IMG/VR virus record: IMGVR_UViG_3300033489_000003
Span: 40,644-104,643 of that record
Length of the DNA stretch: 64,000 nt
Reading direction: 5' to 3' (one strand)
Origin: a virus
Shown in pieces: positions 58,611 to 64,000 of the stretch (position 1 is the stretch's first letter; every line of letters starts with the position of its first letter). The notes below the pieces were generated by a model, which had not been told where the DNA came from, did no database searches, and saw only the letters and a program-made list of their open reading frames with translations. A program made the translations under genes and the position numbers.

Positions 58611-61600
58611 ACTGCAAATCGACTGGACGCCAGACGGCGACACCGTTTCCGGCCACACCGCGGACCTGCCGCACGCGCTCGTGCTGATCGTGCCGGCCGC
58701 GTGGGGCAAGGTCGATCTGCGCGTCTACCACCGCGGCGAGATCAAGTATGAGAGACAACTGTCGGACGTCGATGCCGCGAAGACGGCGGCCAAGCTGGCG
58801 CTGCGGCTGCTTTTGATTAGGGAGACGGCCGCATGAGCCTATTTGGCAAGCCCACCGGCCGCCCGCCGTCGCTACCGCCGCTAACTCCGGTGCAGCCGGC
58901 CGACATGCAGCCCGAGATCCTGGTGGCGTCCCAGATCACGCTGCGCGCCGTGAGGGTCGACGTGATCGGGCTCGGCCACTTCACGCTATCGCGCGCGGTG
59001 TCGTACCGGTTTGCTGAACAGATCAGGATGGCGGCGGATGCGCTGCCGCCCGACGACGCGCCGACGGCGGAAGTAATCGTAGACGTGACGGACGCGGCGG
59101 AGGAGGAGGCTAGGAATGGGTAATCACTGCGCCACATGCCGCCATTGGGTCGTACCGGCGTGTGAAACGGAAGGCTTCGGAACATGCCATCTGCCTAGCG
59201 CTCGCCGAGACGCGAAGCTTCCGCCGGTGTTGAAAATGCTGCCGGTCAAGGCGTTTGCGTGGGTCGCGACGCATGAGACGTTTGGGTGTGTGTGGCACGA
59301 GGGAAAGGAGGCGGTTCATGCTGGGTAGTTGCAGACACTGCGCGCATTGGATGTCACCAGAAGAATTGATCGCCAGGGAAGGATGTGAGGGGCGGCGATA
59401 CGCGCGAGATCGCAAGTATGGAAAGGCAGGATTTGGCTCGTGTACCGAGCTATTTGGTGTTTCAGGTGAGCCGAACGACCCCCACGGGATCGCATTCGCG
59501 GCAGCTTACGGGTGCAACAATGCGGCGCTTCTGACAAAGCCAGAGTTTGGGTGCAGCCAGTTCGAGGAGGACAAAGATGGCTGACGACATAACGGAACTC
59601 CGCACGCTAGGTCGCGAACTGCGCGTCCGAAAGGGCGCATCACAGGCGGCTTACGAAAAGATGTGCGAGCTAAACGTGGAGTTGCACGCAAACGGCAAGG
59701 TCGCGTACTGGCCGAGCGAGAACGAGCCCGGCTACTTCAGCGCCTACTGGTCGCATCCCGGCGACGGCGCTTTCAGCTGTGGCGCGGAAGACGACGCTGG
59801 ACGAGAGACGCCGAGCGCACCAGTGGAGCTAGCCGGTAGGATTCACGCCGGCTACCGCGCATGGCGAGAAGCCGCGCTGGCGTGCACGGCGGCACAGGAT
59901 CGGTTCGACAAGGCCGCGGCGGTGTTTTTGGAGAAGATTGTGGAGGACGGTGATGGCTGAAACGACGCACGAAGCACTCCGCGCGCACATGGCGAAGTGG
60001 CGGAAGCAAAACCGCAAGCACGGGATAGAGACGAATCCACTGGGCGACACGGATGAAGCTATCAAGTTTCTATGCCGTGAGATCGACCGCGTGAAGCGCG
60101 AGGAAGAGAAGGCGTCGCGTGGGTGACGAGAACCGCGTCGGGTTCGTAATCGCCCTCGAGCCAGAGGGGCTGCGCTTCATTGCTGGCGCGAGCTTCGACG
60201 GAAAGGTATCCGTCGTCCGCGATCCGACTGAGGCGATACTATTCCTGGACCGCAAGTCGGCTGCTGCGTGCTTTAGAGAGCGCTGCGATGTGAACGTGAT
60301 GACGCTCGCAGACGCGATCGTCGCGGCGACGCCGAAGACGTTGGGGCAGATCGCGATTGAGAGAGCAAAAGTGTGCGGCTTTCCGAACTGGGCCACAGAT
60401 GGAGGCCGAGACGACGACTGGGAGTCGATCATGCGTATGGGAGCGCGCCGTCGAACGCGACAGCGACGGCTGCTGGATTGAGGCCGAGCCAGGCCAAAGT
60501 ATCGGAGTGAGCGCAATCATGGGATGGCTAGACGTCGGCGACCGCGTGCGGTTGACGATCGAGAAGTTGACAAACGAAGGAGGCAGCGATGGCGATGGGG
60601 AATAAGTCATGACCTGCCCCCGCTGCGGCGCGACCGCTTACCTCATCAACGCCGACTACGGCTACGGCCACGGCGCTGAGTACAAGTGTTATCACCACCG
60701 AGAGTTCCTCGACGGCTATCGCTTCGTGTCGCGCTCCGCTGAGGCGAAGGCGGAGTCTGATGCGGCGAGGGCGCTATCGCGGGCGAATGCGGAGAGGATG
60801 AGGGCGAAGGGATGAGCGACAGCATGCCCATGCTCGAAATCGACTTCGGCGCCGACGCTCCGAAGTGGGAGCTCAAGTGGTACTTCGTGGTCGTGCCGCT
60901 AGAGAGCCTTGCCGAAAGACGCGTACTTGGTTTCTGCAAACAGTACGCGGTGGCCACGCACGCGGAAGCGCTGCGAATGTGGAACGAAGACGGCCCGGCG
61001 GTCGAGTGGTTCGCCGACTTCTGCGGGCGCCGCAGGTCGCGCGTTGACGGCTACTACGTGGCGCGGTGGAGTGAAGAGTGCCTGAACCGGCCAACGATCG
61101 ATTGGAAAGAGATGCGACGGATGCGTGATGAGGCGAAGTGGGTCGAGGCGAGGTGGTTTGATGCGGATGGGAATGAGGTGGCGACGCCATGAACGGCACC
61201 TTCAGCAACGGGCCCGCCAAGCCTTTCAACTGGCTCCAGATGGTTCGCGATTGCAATCGGACGATGCGCGCCATCGCCACGGAGAACGGACCGCCTCCGA
61301 AAATACTCTACGTGCGCCACGACGTGTGGCCCGAGATGAAGGCTAGGATTGCGGAGAAGGCGATGACGCCTGATGAGACGATGCGCGGGCCGCTAGGCGA
61401 CGCGCAAGCTATGGCATGGGGGATTCCGGTGCGCGTCGTTGATTGGCTGCCGGCGCATGTGCCGTGGTGCACTGACGTGGAGCTGGAAAGGATTGGGGTG
61501 AGGGTACCGACGTGAAGTGCCGGAAGTGCAACTCAGTGCTCGACGCGTACGACCAGCGCAACGTCTTGCCGACGTTGCTGGGCCTATGCTGTGATTGTTT

Positions 61601-63990
61601 TCGCGGCGCGATGGTGAGCCGCGGCAGAAAGCGTCGCGTCGCAAAGAAGCAACTGGCGCGGTCACTGCGCACCGAGCGAATCCACTGGAAACGCCTGCGC
61701 GGGAGTCACGATGTGGCGATTAGGATGGTGAAGGTGAGCCTTACGACGGCGCCATTTGGCGACTGGATGGAATGCGTGGCGTCTGGGCACGTGGCACCGA
61801 GTGCGGATTTGAAAACGATTCTGATTGGAGGCAAAGATGGACCCTGAATTGAAGGCGATGCACACGGTACAGAAGTCACTCGACGGGCTCGACGAGGCGA
61901 CGCGCGCGCGGGTGCTGGATTGGATTTGGAAGAAGTTCGGCATGCAGGTGGCGGTCGGGACGCTGGAGGAGTTGGCGGAGAGTGTGAGGTTGCCTGACCC
62001 GTTGGCAATGCCTGTGCTGCCGGCCATGAGGGGCAAGTGAACGCGGAGCTGTGGCAGCGGTACGTGGAGGCGCGACGCGCCGAGCGTATGGCAAAGCAGA
62101 CGCTTCAGCTCGCGGAAACGCGGCGGAGTGATGCGTCACTCACGCACTCGATGATGCAAAGCAGATTGTCTCAGGCTCAGTACGAACTCGAGTGTGCCGC
62201 TTACGAAGAAGCGTTTCCTGGCGAGAAGGCGCCACCGTTCGTCGAAGGCGAGCCGGTGACGTTGGAGGTCGGCGGCGTCACTTTCACAACCGGCGGAGTT
62301 GGGAAGATGGCGGAGGAAACGTGATCGACGTCACAGCGATGCTGCGCCGCGCGCTTGTTCTATGGCCTGACGTGACGATCACGCGCACGGCGCCAATGAA
62401 CCTGAAGAATCACAAGTTGTGCCGGTTCTCGTGGGACGTCTTCGTCACCGTCTACGGAGACAAGAAATCGACGCGGAGTCACTTCCGAGCGAGGTCTCTG
62501 CCTGAGGCGCTTACCCGAGCGATCGACGCGGGCGAACTCAAAAAAAGCCGAGCGACATGGCGGTCAAAGAAAAAGAGGACAACATGAACCGAAGAGAAAC
62601 GATTCTGGGCATGCTGATGACGCCGTTTGCAACGCTGTTTGCGGGTAAGGCGAAGGCGGCGGAGGTGACGACGGGCGGGATTCAATACCCGCTTGACCTG
62701 AGCGGGAAGACGCCCCGTTTGACGCAGGGCGAAACGCTGCTGTGGAACGAGAGCAAGTGGCCCGCGATGCCAGCACCAAAGCTGACGCTCTACCCGCCGG
62801 TTGAGCCTGGCCATGTGCGGATGTTCGATGGGCACTGGGAGATCGAGATCAATGGGCAGAAGTTTGAGGTGCCGTTGAAGGTGCCGGTGATGGTGGTGAA
62901 GCCATGAGCGACGTCGAACGCATTCGGAACATGTGGGTGGAAGGACAGACCGAGTTCATGTCTGCCGCCACCGGCGAAGACCGCGGGCGCATACGGGCGA
63001 AGCTTGAGGCATTCTTCAATGAGAAGTGCGCCGACAGGATCGCCAAAGAGAAAGCGAGGATGAGCTGATGTCATCCGACCGCGAGGCGATGCGCCGCCGG
63101 CTGCTTGCGCGGCGAGAGAGGGATGGGGAGGCGGACGACGAGGACAACTTGCCTCAGGCGCTTGGCGTGATGGCAATGCCGTGGGGTCGAGGCTGCGGCT
63201 TCACTCGCTGCCGCGAACTCGACGACGTCGAGATCGTCGGCGTGAGTGACAAGGAGGCGCACATCGTCAAGCCGAAGATGGCGCCGGGTGAGACTGTGGC
63301 GCATAGGGAGAAGGAGGCGTCGTACGATGTGCGAGTCACCGGGCTACCGTCGTTGGCTACGATCCGCTCAAATCTCGAGACCACAATCGGCATCTTTCGC
63401 GAGGCGTGCGCCAATCCTCGCGAGGACGCTAGCGAGGAAGAGCGGGCGGAGATCCGAGCTGACCTTGCGGCGATGCAGGCGCGGCTCGCTAAGCTCGACG
63501 AGCGGCAGCGCGTCAATGATGAGTTGGCGGATAAGAGCGCGGTTGGCGAGCTGGACAGAAATGGCGCCAGGGTGAGGCCGTGAAACGAAACATGCTCGCG
63601 CTTACACGACGCGACGCGAGACTCATCGGGTGGTCTTTCGTAAACGGATACCTGCTGGATGAATGCGCGTCATGTAAGTTGTGGCCGGCAGAATACCAAT
63701 GGGGGGAGGACGGCGACCCATACTGCTACCGGTGCGTCAACCAGCCGTACCCGAGCTCGCCTGTCGATATGATGAACTGGTCTGACGAGGACCGCGGCGG
63801 GATGCCGTACGAGCGATACGCGGCGGCGAGCGGTTACCGTCTAAGAAATGGCCGTTGGACGCGGGAGCTAAGTCTCGATCGGGTCACGCGTATGATTCCA
63901 GTCGACGTGAGTGGAGACCGCCGCGTCATTCTTGATGTTTGGAAGCGCCTAAGGGCCCAGCTGTGGACGAAGAAGGAGGCAAAGCCATGA
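58603..63990 (+). other. Run of about 20 short, translationally coupled hypothetical genes (nin-like region)
   Basis: Consecutive + strand ORFs with GGAGG RBS and ATGA/GTGA overlaps; no recognisable domains. Confidence 0.7.
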
Positions 63991-64000
63991 TGGACCAAGA

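Larger units (their letters stand above)
1..64000. mobile_element. Temperate phage/prophage segment (late tail/lysis genes, early-left arm, immunity switch, early-right replication arm)
   Basis: Endolysin, tail adaptor, serine integrase, repressor/Cro pair, SSB/Sak4/RecE-like, Rep/DnaC-like and RusA-like genes; dense ATGA/GTGA-coupled small ORFs; no host housekeeping genes. Confidence 0.93.

Overview
The whole 64 kb window looks like part of a GC-rich temperate phage or prophage, with no host housekeeping genes. The host is probably Myxococcota (Polyangiales-like), inferred only from the style of the lipoprotein cargo. Layout: (i) 1-7.1 kb, + strand: end of the late region, with a papain-like protease, tail-associated proteins, an amidase endolysin and a lipoprotein. 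(ii) 7.2-36.4 kb, - strand: the early-left arm. It carries an array-less type IV-B-like CRISPR effector module (cas6-csf1-cas11-csf2-csf3-phosphatase-cysH), a TnpB with intact catalytic residues and no transposase, envelope lipoproteins, a large serine integrase, a Ro60/TROVE gene followed by four structured ncRNAs, and an SSB/Sak4/RecE-like recombination module. (iii) 36.4-38.1 kb: the immunity switch. (iv) 38-64 kb, + strand: the early-right arm, with HNH nucleases, an SF2 helicase, an MmcB-like nuclease, a DNA methyltransferase, Rep plus a DnaC-like loader, a RusA-like resolvase and many small genes. Three observations stand out. (1) The Ro60-linked RNA array contains two tRNA-shaped RNAs whose anticodon loop is replaced by a Ro-binding helix, i.e. 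circular permutants of YrlA-type Y RNAs, both with a G-1:C73 tRNA-His-like acceptor. (2) An HNH endonuclease gene is nested out of frame inside a still-open methyltransferase ORF, and the inserted peptide is bracketed by CxC/CxxC. (3) The type IV-B module has Cas6, a phosphatase and an adjacent TnpB. All calls come from motif recognition by eye; no database searches were run.
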